DNA of 60,041 bases from an uncultured Eubacteriales bacterium (GTDB lineage: Bacteria > Bacillota > Clostridia > Oscillospirales > Oscillospiraceae), in assembly GCA_900556935.1 (NCBI GenBank), contig USQL01000001.1, positions 1 to 60,041 of the forward strand, written 5' to 3'. Below, in pieces: positions 8,937 to 17,713 of the stretch. Numbering within the stretch: the stretch's first letter is position 1; each line of letters opens with the position of its first letter. The notes below the pieces were generated by a model that was not told the origin of the DNA, ran no database searches, and saw only the letters and a list, made by a program, of their open reading frames with translations. A program made the position numbers and the translations under genes.

Positions 8937-10109
8937 TTAGATGCGGGCCACTCCGGACTTCCGCGCGGCTTCCGCCACGGCCTTGGCGACGGCGGGGCCG
9001 ACACGCTTGTCAAAAGCGGCGGGGATGATGTAATCGGCACTGAGCTCCTCGGGGGAGACCAGGTTTGCCAGAGCTTCGGCAGCGGCCATCTTCATTTCCT
9101 CATTGATGTCGGAGGCACGGACATCGAAAGCGCCGCGGAAGATGCCGGGGAAGGCCAGAACGTTGTTGATCTGGTTGGGGTAGTCACTGCGACCGGTGGA
9201 GACAACGGCAGCGCCGCCGGCCTTGGCCTCGTCCGGGAAGATTTCGGGGGTGGGGTTGGCGCAGGCGAAGATGATGGCATCCTTGTTCATGGTTTCCACC
9301 ATTTCCTTGGTCAGGGTGCCGGGGCCGGAAACGCCGATAAACACGTCAGCGCCCTTGATGACATCACTGAGCTTACCGGTTTCCTTCTGCAGGTTGGTAA
9401 CCTGAGCCATCTCTTCCTTAACCCAGTTCAGCTTTTCACGGCCGGCATAGATAGCGCCGGTGCGGTCAGTCATGACGATGTTCTTAAAGCCCGCGCTCAG
9501 CAGCAGCTTGACAATGGCGATGGCGGCAGCGCCCGCGCCGGAGGTAACGACCTTTACGTCCTCCTTCTTCTTGCCGACGACCTTCAGGGCGTTGGTAAGA
9601 CCGGCCAGGGTGATGACGGCGGTGCCGTGCTGGTCATCGTGGAAAATGGGAATGTCGCACTTTTCCTTCAGCTTCCGCTCAATCTCAAAGCAGCGGGGGG
9701 CGGCGATGTCCTCCAGGTTGATGCCGCCGAAGGAGCCGGAGATCAGGTAGACGGCGTTGACGAACTCGTCCACATCGTGGGTCTTGACGCACAGAGGGAA
9801 GGCATCTACGTCACCGAAGGCCTTAAACAGCACACACTTGCCCTCCATAACCGGCATACCGGCCTCGGGGCCGATGTCGCCCAGACCCAGGACGGCGGAG
9901 CCGTCGGTAATCACGGCGCACAGGTTGTGGCGGCGGGTCAGCTCATAGGACTTATTCACGTCCTTCTGGATTTCCAGGCAGGGGGCAGCGACACCGGGGG
10001 TATAGGCCAGAGACAGGTCGTCCTTGGTTTCTACAGGCACGGTAGCCTTGACCTCAATCTTGCCCTTCCATTCTCCGTGGAGACGCAGGGCTTCCTTTGC
10101 GTAATCCAT
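8937..10109 (-). CDS. NAD(P)-dependent malic enzyme (short YtsJ/MaeA-like type)
   Basis: [49 protein letters not shown] and [20 protein letters not shown] before ATG at 10109. Confidence 0.95.
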   Translation of the reverse strand: MDYAKEALRLHGEWKGKIEVKATVPVETKDDLSLAYTPGVAAPCLEIQKDVNKSYELTRRHNLCAVITDGSAVLGLGDIGPEAGMPVMEGKCVLFKAFGDVDAFPLCVKTHDVDEFVNAVYLISGSFGGINLEDIAAPRCFEIERKLKEKCDIPIFHDDQHGTAVITLAGLTNALKVVGKKKEDVKVVTSGAGAAAIAIVKLLLSAGFKNIVMTDRTGAIYAGREKLNWVKEEMAQVTNLQKETGKLSDVIKGADVFIGVSGPGTLTKEMVETMNKDAIIFACANPTPEIFPDEAKAGGAAVVSTGRSDYPNQINNVLAFPGIFRGAFDVRASDINEEMKMAAAEALANLVSPEELSADYIIPAAFDKRVGPAVAKAVAEAARKSGVARI

Positions 10110-10176
10110 AATGAATCCTCCTACATAACATATCTTACTGTCACCGGCATCAAAAGGCAAAACCGATGATGGGCAC

Positions 10177-10205
10177 ATTATATCCGAAAATGTCCAAATT
10201 GTAAA
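10177..10205 (-). promoter_or_regulatory. Sigma-A promoter for malic enzyme and 2HCT
   Basis: Minus strand TTTACA-17 nt-TATAAT. Confidence 0.7.
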
Positions 10206-10291
10206 TAGGATTTTGTAAAAAGGACAAAAATTCTGTTATGTCACATTGGTAAAATTGTTGAAAACAACAACTGGGGGAAAAGCTGCGAATA

Positions 10292-10795
10292 TCAGCCTTT
10301 TCCGAATCTTTTGCGCATCAAAGGCTTGATGCCGCCCGCCTCCAGAATCTCCATGGCCTTGTCGCCCAGGGCCTCGGCATGTAAAATTTCTCCGGTTTCG
10401 GCAATGGTGACGGTTCCCGCCGCCAGGTCCAGACGGATGGTCTGGCCGGTTTTCACATGCTTCGAAATGCCCTTGCACACAACCAGGGGCAGACCCAGGT
10501 TAATGCCGTTGCGGAAGAAAATCCGGGCGAAGCTGTCGGCCAGCACGGCGGAGGCACCCATGTTGATCAGCGCAATGGGGGCGTGCTCCCGGCTGGAGCC
10601 GCAGCCAAAGTTGGTCCCGGCGACTACGATGCCGCCTTTGGGAAAGTTGGGGCTGATGTCCTCGGAGATACCGGCCAGACAGTGGGAGCCAATCTCCTTG
10701 GGGTCCGTCAGTTCCAGGAACCGGCCCGGGTAGATCAGGTCCGTATCCACGTTGTTGCCCACCACCAGGGCCTTTCCAACAAATTCCGTTTTCAT
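10292..10795 (-). CDS. Aconitase-family (LeuD/DmdB/HacB-like) hydratase small subunit
   Basis: NVDTDLIYPG, NFGCGSSREHAP and SFARIFFRNGINLG. Confidence 0.9.
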   Translation of the reverse strand: MKTEFVGKALVVGNNVDTDLIYPGRFLELTDPKEIGSHCLAGISEDISPNFPKGGIVVAGTNFGCGSSREHAPIALINMGASAVLADSFARIFFRNGINLGLPLVVCKGISKHVKTGQTIRLDLAAGTVTIAETGEILHAEALGDKAMEILEAGGIKPLMRKRFGKG

Positions 10796-10813
10796 AATGG
10801 TTTCCTCCTTCCG

Positions 10814-12073
10814 TTAGTCCAGATAGGGACGGGGATCCGTGATGCGGCCATTGAGAATGCTGGCGGCCACGGTTGCGGGGCTGGCCAGATACAGCTCGGC
10901 CTGATTGGAGCCCATGCGGCCCCGGAAGTTCCGGTTGGTGCAGGTGACGCACTTTTCACCGGGAGCCAAAAGGCCCTCGTGGGTGCCCAGGCACGCGGCG
11001 CAGCCGGGGGTCACCAGGGTTGCGCCGGCATCAATCAAATCCTGAATGTAGCCCTTGGCCATGCACTCCTGGAGCACGTCCCGGGAGGCGGGCACCACCA
11101 AAAGCCGGGCGTAGGGCGGAATGTGCTTCCCCTTCAAAATGGCGGCGGCCTGGGCGATGTCCTCCGTGCGTCCGTTGGTGCAGGAGCCGATGTAGGCCTG
11201 GTTCAGCGGGATGTTCTGGGCGGCCACCTGGGAGATGGGGTGTACATTGTCCACATCGTTGGGGCAGGAAACCACGGGCTCCATTTTGGACACGTCAAAC
11301 ACGTGGCTCTCCGCGTACACAAAATCCGGGTCGGTGGTCACCACCTCATAGGGCCGTACCGCCCGGGCGGACACATAGTCCAGAACCGCCTGGTTGGGCT
11401 GCATATAGGCGGTCTTGGCACCCATTTCCACGGCCATGTTGCAAATGGTCATTCTGCCGGGGATGTCCAGGCTGTCCACATAGCTGCCGGTAAAGTCGAT
11501 GCACTTATAGACGGCACCGTCGGCCTTGATTTTGCCCAGCACATTGAGAATCACGTCCTTGGGATACACGCCCTTCTGGGGCTGGCCCTCCAGACGGACC
11601 TCGATAATCTCCGGCACCCGGAACCACATCTCGCCGGTCATCAGGATGCAGGCCATGTCCGTAGCGCCGCAGCCGGTGCCCAGGGCACCCAGCGCGCCGT
11701 GGGTGGTGGTGTGGCTGTCGGTAGCCACCAGAATCATGCCGGGGTACACCACACCGGCCTCCACCATCACCTGGTGGCACACGCCGCAGTTCACATCAAA
11801 GTGGTATTTGAGGTTGTTTTTCCTGGCAAATTCCCGCATCTCATTGTGGTTGGAGGCGGTTTTGATGGTGGGGCAGGGGGCATAGTGGTCGAAGACAAAG
11901 GCGGCCCGGGTGTTGTCCCATACCTTTTCTCCACCCATCTCATAGAAGGAATAGACGGTTTGCAGATAAAGATCGTTGATTTCCGCAAAATCCACCTTGG
12001 CGGTGACAATCTCTCCGGTTTTTACGGAGGAAAGCCCTGCGTTGCGGGCGAGGATTTTTTCAATCGCGTGCAT
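10814..12073 (-). CDS. Aconitase-family (LeuC/DmdA/HacA-like) hydratase large subunit, [4Fe-4S]
   Basis: DH, GVCHQ, DSHTTTHG, IGSCTNGR, PGCAACLG, TNRNFRGRMG and YLASPA; RBS AGGAG before ATG at 12073. Confidence 0.92.
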   Translation of the reverse strand: MHAIEKILARNAGLSSVKTGEIVTAKVDFAEINDLYLQTVYSFYEMGGEKVWDNTRAAFVFDHYAPCPTIKTASNHNEMREFARKNNLKYHFDVNCGVCHQVMVEAGVVYPGMILVATDSHTTTHGALGALGTGCGATDMACILMTGEMWFRVPEIIEVRLEGQPQKGVYPKDVILNVLGKIKADGAVYKCIDFTGSYVDSLDIPGRMTICNMAVEMGAKTAYMQPNQAVLDYVSARAVRPYEVVTTDPDFVYAESHVFDVSKMEPVVSCPNDVDNVHPISQVAAQNIPLNQAYIGSCTNGRTEDIAQAAAILKGKHIPPYARLLVVPASRDVLQECMAKGYIQDLIDAGATLVTPGCAACLGTHEGLLAPGEKCVTCTNRNFRGRMGSNQAELYLASPATVAASILNGRITDPRPYLD

Positions 12074-12096
12074 GAAATCACTCCTAATTCTCAAAT

Positions 12097-12118
12097 TGAA
12101 TATTGTATACAATATTCA
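12097..12118. promoter_or_regulatory. Perfect 22-bp palindromic operator, FadR/GntR type
   Basis: TGAATATTGTATACAATATTCA, lying between the leuC-like promoter and its RBS; divergent GntR gene is adjacent. Confidence 0.82.
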
Positions 12119-12125
12119 CACTTGC

Positions 12126-12154
12126 ATTGTACCACGGTTCCTGGCACTCCGCAA
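12126..12154 (-). promoter_or_regulatory. Sigma-A promoter of the leuCD-like genes
   Basis: Minus strand TTGCGG-17 nt-TACAAT with extended TG. Confidence 0.65.
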
Positions 12155-12307
12155 GAGCCAAAAGGAAAAAAAGAAAAAATTGTGAACGATTACCAAAACA
12201 GACGGCCGGATTTGTGCGAATTGCGTACGGTGCCCGGGGACGGAAGACGGTTGATTTTTGCCATGGAACATGGTACTATTTCTACTATCAATGAATAGAA
12301 GCGGAGA

Positions 12308-12976
12308 ATGCCTATGGAAACAATTGAGGTTTTGCCGATTCGGGTGCGAATCACGTCTATTTTGCGAAAGGCCCTGCTTTCCGGGGAATTTGAGCCGGGC
12401 CAGGAGCTGAGCCTTTCCGAAACCGCGGCCAGACTGGGGGTCTCCCGGACTCCGGTGCGGGAGGCCTTCCAGTCCCTGGCGGCGGAGGGGCTGCTGGAGC
12501 TGCGGATGAACCGGGGGGCCGTCGTCATCGGTGTGGACGAGTCCTTTATCCGGGACCATTTTGAGGTCCGGGGAATTCTGGAATCCGAGGCGCTGGCGGG
12601 GGCCATCCGGAACCGGGTCCCGCTGGAGGAGCTGGAGCGGCTGCAGATCTGGGCGGAGGAAAACCGGAGCACCATGACCGCGGAGGAGTACCGCAACTAT
12701 AACCAGCGCTTCCACATGGCCATCTGGGATGCGGACGGCAACAAAAGGCTTAAAAATTTGCTGCTGTCGCTGTGGAACGGCCCCTCCGCCGGAAAGGCCG
12801 GGCGGGACCTGGAGCACGAGACCATCTCCATCCGGGAGCACCGGCAGATGCTGGAGTGCATCCGCCGGGGGGATATCCCCGGGGGACGGGAGACCATGGA
12901 GAACCATATTAAAAGGAGCATGGAGAACATCCTGCGCAGCTATCAGGCGAGCCTGCAAAAAAAGAAGGAGCAATAA
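12308..12976 (+). CDS. GntR family regulator (FadR subfamily, FCD domain)
   Basis: wHTH motif LGVSRTPVREA; FCD residues NQRFH and EHRQML. Confidence 0.93.
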   Translation: MPMETIEVLPIRVRITSILRKALLSGEFEPGQELSLSETAARLGVSRTPVREAFQSLAAEGLLELRMNRGAVVIGVDESFIRDHFEVRGILESEALAGAIRNRVPLEELERLQIWAEENRSTMTAEEYRNYNQRFHMAIWDADGNKRLKNLLLSLWNGPSAGKAGRDLEHETISIREHRQMLECIRRGDIPGGRETMENHIKRSMENILRSYQASLQKKKEQ

Positions 12977-13993
12977 ATGGCAGCAACAATTTTCATCACG
13001 GCGGTCAATGCCATCCTGCCCATTGTGCTTTTAATCGCCCTGGGCTACTTTTTGCGGCAGCGAAATTTCCTGACGGAGGAGTTTGTGCGGATTGGCAATA
13101 AGCTCATGTTCCGCATCCTGATTCCGGTGCTGCTGTTTACGAATAGCTACAGCATCCAGTCCTTTTCCAGTGTCCCCTGGGATTTGGCGCTGTTCGGGGT
13201 GGGGATGATTCTGGTGATTTTCCTGCTGGGCTGCCTTCTGACCCCGGGGCTCACCAGGGACCGCGGTCGGAAGGGCGTGCTGCTGCAGAGCACCTTCCGC
13301 AGCAACACGGCGGTGATTGGCATCTCCCTTGCCCAGGCCCTGGGCGGGGAGGAGGCCGTGCTGGTGGCGACGGTGACCACGGCGGTGTGCGTGCCGCTGC
13401 TGAATATGCTTTCGGTGGTGGCGCTGTCCATGTATGGCGGCAAGGGCGGAAAGCCGGATATCCGGAAGCTCCTGCTGAACGTGATTACAAACCCTTTGAT
13501 TGTGGGCATCGCGGCGGGCTTTGTATGCGTGGCGATTCGGACTGCGCAGGTGCCGCTGTTTGGCGGCGTGGTGTTTACCCTCAGCGGAAACCTGAAATTT
13601 CTGTATTCGGCCATCCGCCAGCTGGCCAACATCGCCACGCCCTTTTCCCTTCTGATGCTGGGCGGGGAATTCAGCTTCTCTGCCATGGGGGATATGAAGC
13701 GGGAAATCGCCTGGGGAACGGCCTGGCGGGTGGTCATCACCCCGGCCCTGGGCCTGGGCGCGGCCATCCTGCTGACGATGCTGGGGGTCTTGCACTGCAC
13801 CTCTCCGGACTACCCGGCGCTGATTGCCCTCTTTGGCACCCCGGCGGCGGTTTCCAGCGCCGTGATGGCGGGGCAGCTGGGCTGTGATGAGCAATTGGCG
13901 GCACAAATTGTGGTTTGGACCAGCGTCGCGTCGATTTTTACCCTGTTTGTGACCGTGTGCGTGCTCATGGGGACGGGGCTCCTGGCGGTGTAA
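12977..13993 (+). CDS. AEC family (malate/malonate permease-like) transporter
   Basis: About 10 TM helices, with FRSNTAVIGI, NPLIVG, ATPFSLLMLG and TPAAVSS; starts immediately after the gntR stop. Confidence 0.88.
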   Translation: MAATIFITAVNAILPIVLLIALGYFLRQRNFLTEEFVRIGNKLMFRILIPVLLFTNSYSIQSFSSVPWDLALFGVGMILVIFLLGCLLTPGLTRDRGRKGVLLQSTFRSNTAVIGISLAQALGGEEAVLVATVTTAVCVPLLNMLSVVALSMYGGKGGKPDIRKLLLNVITNPLIVGIAAGFVCVAIRTAQVPLFGGVVFTLSGNLKFLYSAIRQLANIATPFSLLMLGGEFSFSAMGDMKREIAWGTAWRVVITPALGLGAAILLTMLGVLHCTSPDYPALIALFGTPAAVSSAVMAGQLGCDEQLAAQIVVWTSVASIFTLFVTVCVLMGTGLLAV

Positions 13994-14123
13994 CCGCCCC
14001 GCATCCGGGCCGGCGGCGGACAATTGTCCGCCCTGGGCGCAAAAAGTTCCCCGGAACGCTTGCAAACCGGGCACCGATGTGCTACTATTAGGCAATCAGA
14101 AAAAGAAGAGGAGCTGAACCGCT

Positions 14124-15137
14124 ATGGAAAAGAAAAACATCGATTGGAGCAGCATCGGCTTTGGCTATGTGCAGACCGATTACCGCTATGTCTCCAATTT
14201 TAAGAACGGAGCCTGGGATGAAGGCGGGCTGACCACCGATGCCAACATCACCATGAACGAGTGTGCCTGCGTTCTACAGTACGCCCAGACCGTTTTCGAG
14301 GGCATGAAGGCATATACCACCGCCGACGGCAAGACCGTCTGCTTCCGCCCGGACCTGAACGCGGAGCGGATGATGGACTCCTGCCGCAGAATGCGGATGC
14401 CGGAGTTCCCCAAGGAGCGCTTCCTGGAGGCCATCCGTCAGACCGTCAAGGCAAATGAGGCCTGGGTGCCCCCCTATGGCTCCGGTGCCAGCCTGTACCT
14501 GCGGCCCTATATGTTCGGCATTGACCCGATCATCGGCGTGAAGCCTGCCAACGAGTTCCAGTTCCGGGTCTTCGGCACCCCTGTGGGCCCCTACTTCAAG
14601 GGCGGCATCAAACCCCTGACCATTCGGGTTTCCGACCTGGACCGGGCAGCCCCCAGAGGCACCGGCCACATCAAGGCGGGCCTGAACTACGCCATGAGCC
14701 TTTATAATATTGTGGATGCCCACGAGCAGGGCTATGATGAAAACCTGTATGTGGACTCCGCCACCCGGACCCACATCGAGGAGACCGGCGGTGCCAACAT
14801 CCTCTTTGTCACCAAGGAAGGAAAGCTGGTAGTGCCCAAGTCCGCGACCATCCTCCCCTCCATCACCCGCCGCTCCCTGGTGCAGGTTGCCAAGGAGTAC
14901 CTGAACCTGGAAGTGGAAGAGCGGGTCGTCGGCGTGGACGAGCTGGGGAGCTTTGCCGAGGCGGGCCTGTGCGGCACCGCGGCGGTCATCTCTCCCGTGG
15001 GCAAGATTGTGGACCACGGCAAGGAGTACACCTACGCCGGCATGGGCAACGTCGTCGAGAAGCTCTACAAGACCCTCACCGGCATCCAGATGGGCACCGT
15101 CCCCGCCCCCGAGGGCTGGATTATGGTCATCGACTAA
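14124..15137 (+). CDS. ilvE: Branched-chain amino acid aminotransferase
   Basis: YAQTVFEGMKAY, LYLRP, KAGLNY (PLP Lys), EETGGAN, ILPSITR and CGTAAVISP; own promoter TTGCAA(14060)-17-TACTAT. Confidence 0.93.
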   Translation: MEKKNIDWSSIGFGYVQTDYRYVSNFKNGAWDEGGLTTDANITMNECACVLQYAQTVFEGMKAYTTADGKTVCFRPDLNAERMMDSCRRMRMPEFPKERFLEAIRQTVKANEAWVPPYGSGASLYLRPYMFGIDPIIGVKPANEFQFRVFGTPVGPYFKGGIKPLTIRVSDLDRAAPRGTGHIKAGLNYAMSLYNIVDAHEQGYDENLYVDSATRTHIEETGGANILFVTKEGKLVVPKSATILPSITRRSLVQVAKEYLNLEVEERVVGVDELGSFAEAGLCGTAAVISPVGKIVDHGKEYTYAGMGNVVEKLYKTLTGIQMGTVPAPEGWIMVID

Positions 15138-15192
15138 GAGAAATTTCAGGGGGCGGCCTGCGGGCCGCCCTTCGTGTATATCAGGAGGAAAA

Positions 15193-15723
15193 ATGATGGA
15201 CTTTTTGGAAATCGCCCAGGCAAGACAGTCCTGCCGGAATTATGACGGGACAAGGCCCGTAGAGCCAGAGAAGCTGGAAAAAATTTTGGAGGCGGGGAGA
15301 CTGTCCCCCTCCGCCTGCAACGGCCAGCCCTATCAAATCACCGTCTGCCAGGGGGAAAAGGCTAGGGAGGCCGCCGCTGCGGTCAGCGGTATGGGCATGA
15401 ACAAGTTTGCCGCCCAGGCACCTGTTTTGCTGGTTATCTCCGAGGAGGACTACGTAAAGTCTGCCGCTATGGGGGCCAAGCTCAAAAACAATGACTACCG
15501 CTCCATGGACATCGGCATTCTCACCGCCTACCTCACCGCTGAGGCCACCACCCAGGGCCTGGACAGCTGCATCCTGGGCTGGCTGGACAGCGGGAAGCTC
15601 CAGAAAATCTGCGGTCTTTCCCACCCCGTCCGACTGGTGATTACCCTTGGCTACGCCGCCGAGGTGGATAAGCAAAGGGAAAAGAAACGCAAGGACATGG
15701 AGACGCTGGTTCATTACCTGTAA
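15193..15723 (+). CDS. Nitroreductase family protein
   Basis: RQSCRNY, SPSACNGQP and GLDSCILG; RBS AGGAGG. Confidence 0.88.
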   Translation: MMDFLEIAQARQSCRNYDGTRPVEPEKLEKILEAGRLSPSACNGQPYQITVCQGEKAREAAAAVSGMGMNKFAAQAPVLLVISEEDYVKSAAMGAKLKNNDYRSMDIGILTAYLTAEATTQGLDSCILGWLDSGKLQKICGLSHPVRLVITLGYAAEVDKQREKKRKDMETLVHYL

Positions 15724-15742
15724 ATATTCCGTCAACAGCCCC

Positions 15743-15799
15743 TTGACAAAGAGGGGCTGCTGTGCTATTATTCGTTTAACAATTAAGTTAATTGTTAAA
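15743..15799 (+). promoter_or_regulatory. Sigma-A promoter and ArsR/SdpR operator
   Basis: TTGACA-17 nt-TATTAT, followed by the 12-1-12 palindrome TTTAACAATTAA-G-TTAATTGTTAAA (15775-15799). Confidence 0.82.
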
Positions 15800-15820
15800 T
15801 ATTGTTTGGGAGGCGTGTCT

Positions 15821-16084
15821 ATGGGATTGCAGCAAACCCTGAAGGCCCTGGCAGACCCTACCCGGCGGGAGATTCTGAATCTTTTGAAAACCGGCAAAAA
15901 GTCCGCCGGGGAGATTACGGAGCACTTTGATATCTCCGCCGCCGCCATCTCCAGGCACCTGTCCGTGTTAAAGGACGCGGACCTGGTCTATGACAGCCGG
16001 GAGGGAAAGTACATTTACTACACCATCAACACATCGGTGCTGGAAGAGACACTGCTGTGGATTGCGGATTTGAAGGGAGAATGA
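15821..16084 (+). CDS. sdpR: ArsR family autorepressor, SdpR-like
   Basis: LKALADPTRREIL, AGEI, ISRHLSVLK and NTSVLEE; followed by an SdpI-like gene. Confidence 0.85.
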   Translation: MGLQQTLKALADPTRREILNLLKTGKKSAGEITEHFDISAAAISRHLSVLKDADLVYDSREGKYIYYTINTSVLEETLLWIADLKGE

Positions 16085-17130
16085 ATATGTTTCAAAGAAA
16101 AAATCGACTGCTCTGCTACGCGCTGACCCTGCTTCCGTCCCTGGTGGGCCTGTTTTTTGTGGGGAAGCCCGGTGCCGGGGGATACGGCCTCCCCGGGGCG
16201 GCTTTGTGGATGCCGGTTGTCATGGCCCTTGCCCTGTGGCTGTGCTTTTTCATGACGGACAAACTGGAAAAGGACCGGAAAAAGAATCGGAAAATCAACA
16301 GCGTGGTCATCTGGCTCATCCCCGCACTGTCCAACTTCACCTTCTGGGTTACCTACGCGCTTCTGTACAAGGGCATGACGCTTTCCATGGTCCGGGTGAT
16401 GGGCTGGATGTTTGGCCTACTCTACCTGGTCCTGGGCAATTATCTGCCCAAGTGCCGCCCCAACAATGTGGTGGGCTTCCGGGTGAAATGGACCGCATCC
16501 AGCGAGGCAAACTGGAACGCCACCCACCGTCTGGCGGGGCCCTGCTATGTGGTCTGCGGTCTGTTGATGGTGCTGGGCTCCTTCCTTCCGGAGACAGCCG
16601 CGGAAGTTTCCTTTGTGGCGCTGCTTGTGGTCAGCAATGCCGTTCCCTTGGTCTATTCCTACTGCTTCTACAAAAAGGAGCTGCGCCTGGGCGTGGAGCT
16701 TTCCCGGAAGGAGCCCTCCAAGGCATCCCAGATTGCCCGCTGGATGGTGGTGTTCGCGCTGGTGCTGCTGGCGGTGTTCCTGTTTACGGGCTCTGTCAAG
16801 GTGCACTACGGCGAGGACGCACTGGAGGTGAAAACCAGCTACTATGGCCGGGCGGTGCTTCCCTATGACGAGATTGCAAGCATCGAGCTGCGGCAGGAGA
16901 ATGTGGACGGCACCAGAACCTGGGGCCTGGGCTCCTTCCGGCTGCTGGCGGGCTATTTTGAAAACCGGGAATTCGGCCCCTATGTCCGCTTTACCTATTA
17001 CAATCCCCACAGCGCCATTGTGGTGAAAACCACCACCGGCCAGACCCTGGTCCTCAGCGGGAAGAATCCAAAGGAGACAGAGGAGATTTACGGGGAGATT
17101 CTGGAGCGGATGCCCCAAAAGGAAAACTGA
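16081..17130 (+). CDS. SdpI-family immunity membrane protein with extra C-terminal soluble (PH-like) domain
   Basis: GNYLPKCRPNNVVGFRVKWT...NWNATHRLAG SdpI motif; C-terminal domain of about 110 aa containing GYFENREFG. Confidence 0.8.
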   Translation: MNMFQRKNRLLCYALTLLPSLVGLFFVGKPGAGGYGLPGAALWMPVVMALALWLCFFMTDKLEKDRKKNRKINSVVIWLIPALSNFTFWVTYALLYKGMTLSMVRVMGWMFGLLYLVLGNYLPKCRPNNVVGFRVKWTASSEANWNATHRLAGPCYVVCGLLMVLGSFLPETAAEVSFVALLVVSNAVPLVYSYCFYKKELRLGVELSRKEPSKASQIARWMVVFALVLLAVFLFTGSVKVHYGEDALEVKTSYYGRAVLPYDEIASIELRQENVDGTRTWGLGSFRLLAGYFENREFGPYVRFTYYNPHSAIVVKTTTGQTLVLSGKNPKETEEIYGEILERMPQKEN

Positions 17131-17160
17131 ACATTTTTGGAAAAACCTCCGGGAATCTTC

Positions 17161-17189
17161 TTGACTACCGGGGGCTTTTCCTCTATAAT
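17161..17189 (+). promoter_or_regulatory. Sigma-A promoter of greA-lysS
   Basis: TTGACT-17 nt-TATAAT. Confidence 0.8.
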
Positions 17190-17233
17190 ATTCAGAGCTA
17201 TGGAAATTTTCAGCTAAGAAAGGATTTTTGATT

Positions 17234-17710
17234 ATGGCTAAGGAATATAAAATCACAAGCCTGCGTCTGGCAGACCTGGAAAAGGAACTGAACTATTTAA
17301 AGACCACCCGGGAGCGGGAGGTTGCCGCCATGATCGCCGAGGCCCGGTCCTACGGCGACTTGTCCGAAAACTCCGAATACGATGCCGCCAAGAACGAGCA
17401 GGGCAAGCTCTATGGCCGCATTGCCGAGATTGAAGACATCCTGTCCCACGCCGTCATCATCGAGGACGAGAACGAGGCCACCGGCCGCGTGGGCCTGGGC
17501 TGCACCGTGGTGGTAGAGGACGAGAGCGGCAAGCGCTTTGAGTACCGCATCACCGGCTCTCAGGAGGCCAACCCCATGGAGAACAAGCTCTCCGACGACT
17601 CTCCCTTTGGCCGCGGCATTGTTGGCAAGGCTGCCGGCGAGAAGTTCACCGTCAACGCCCCTGCCGGTTCCTTCACCATGAAGGTCATCAGCGTCTCTCG
17701 TGAGGGCTAA
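17234..17710 (+). CDS. greA: Transcription elongation factor GreA
   Basis: ARSYGDLSENSEYDAAK and SDDSPFG. Confidence 0.96.
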   Translation: MAKEYKITSLRLADLEKELNYLKTTREREVAAMIAEARSYGDLSENSEYDAAKNEQGKLYGRIAEIEDILSHAVIIEDENEATGRVGLGCTVVVEDESGKRFEYRITGSQEANPMENKLSDDSPFGRGIVGKAAGEKFTVNAPAGSFTMKVISVSREG

Positions 17711-17713
17711 GTC

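Noticed and set aside
10255..10270. TTGTTG-AAAA-CAACAA palindrome as a Rex operator upstream of the malic enzyme
   Set aside because: It is 16 bp, against the 18-bp Rex consensus. It could bind another regulator, but the evidence is too thin.
10292..12073. Calling the pair leuC/leuD of leucine biosynthesis
   Set aside because: No leuA, leuB or T-box; GntR operator and carboxylate-transporter context; atypical loops. Nearby ilvE has its own promoter. Gene symbols were left blank.
15736..15758. Fourth copy of the GGGGCTGTT/AACAGCCCC element
   Set aside because: The arms are in the opposite order and the internal core is missing. It reads better as a hairpin overlapping the sdpR -35 box.
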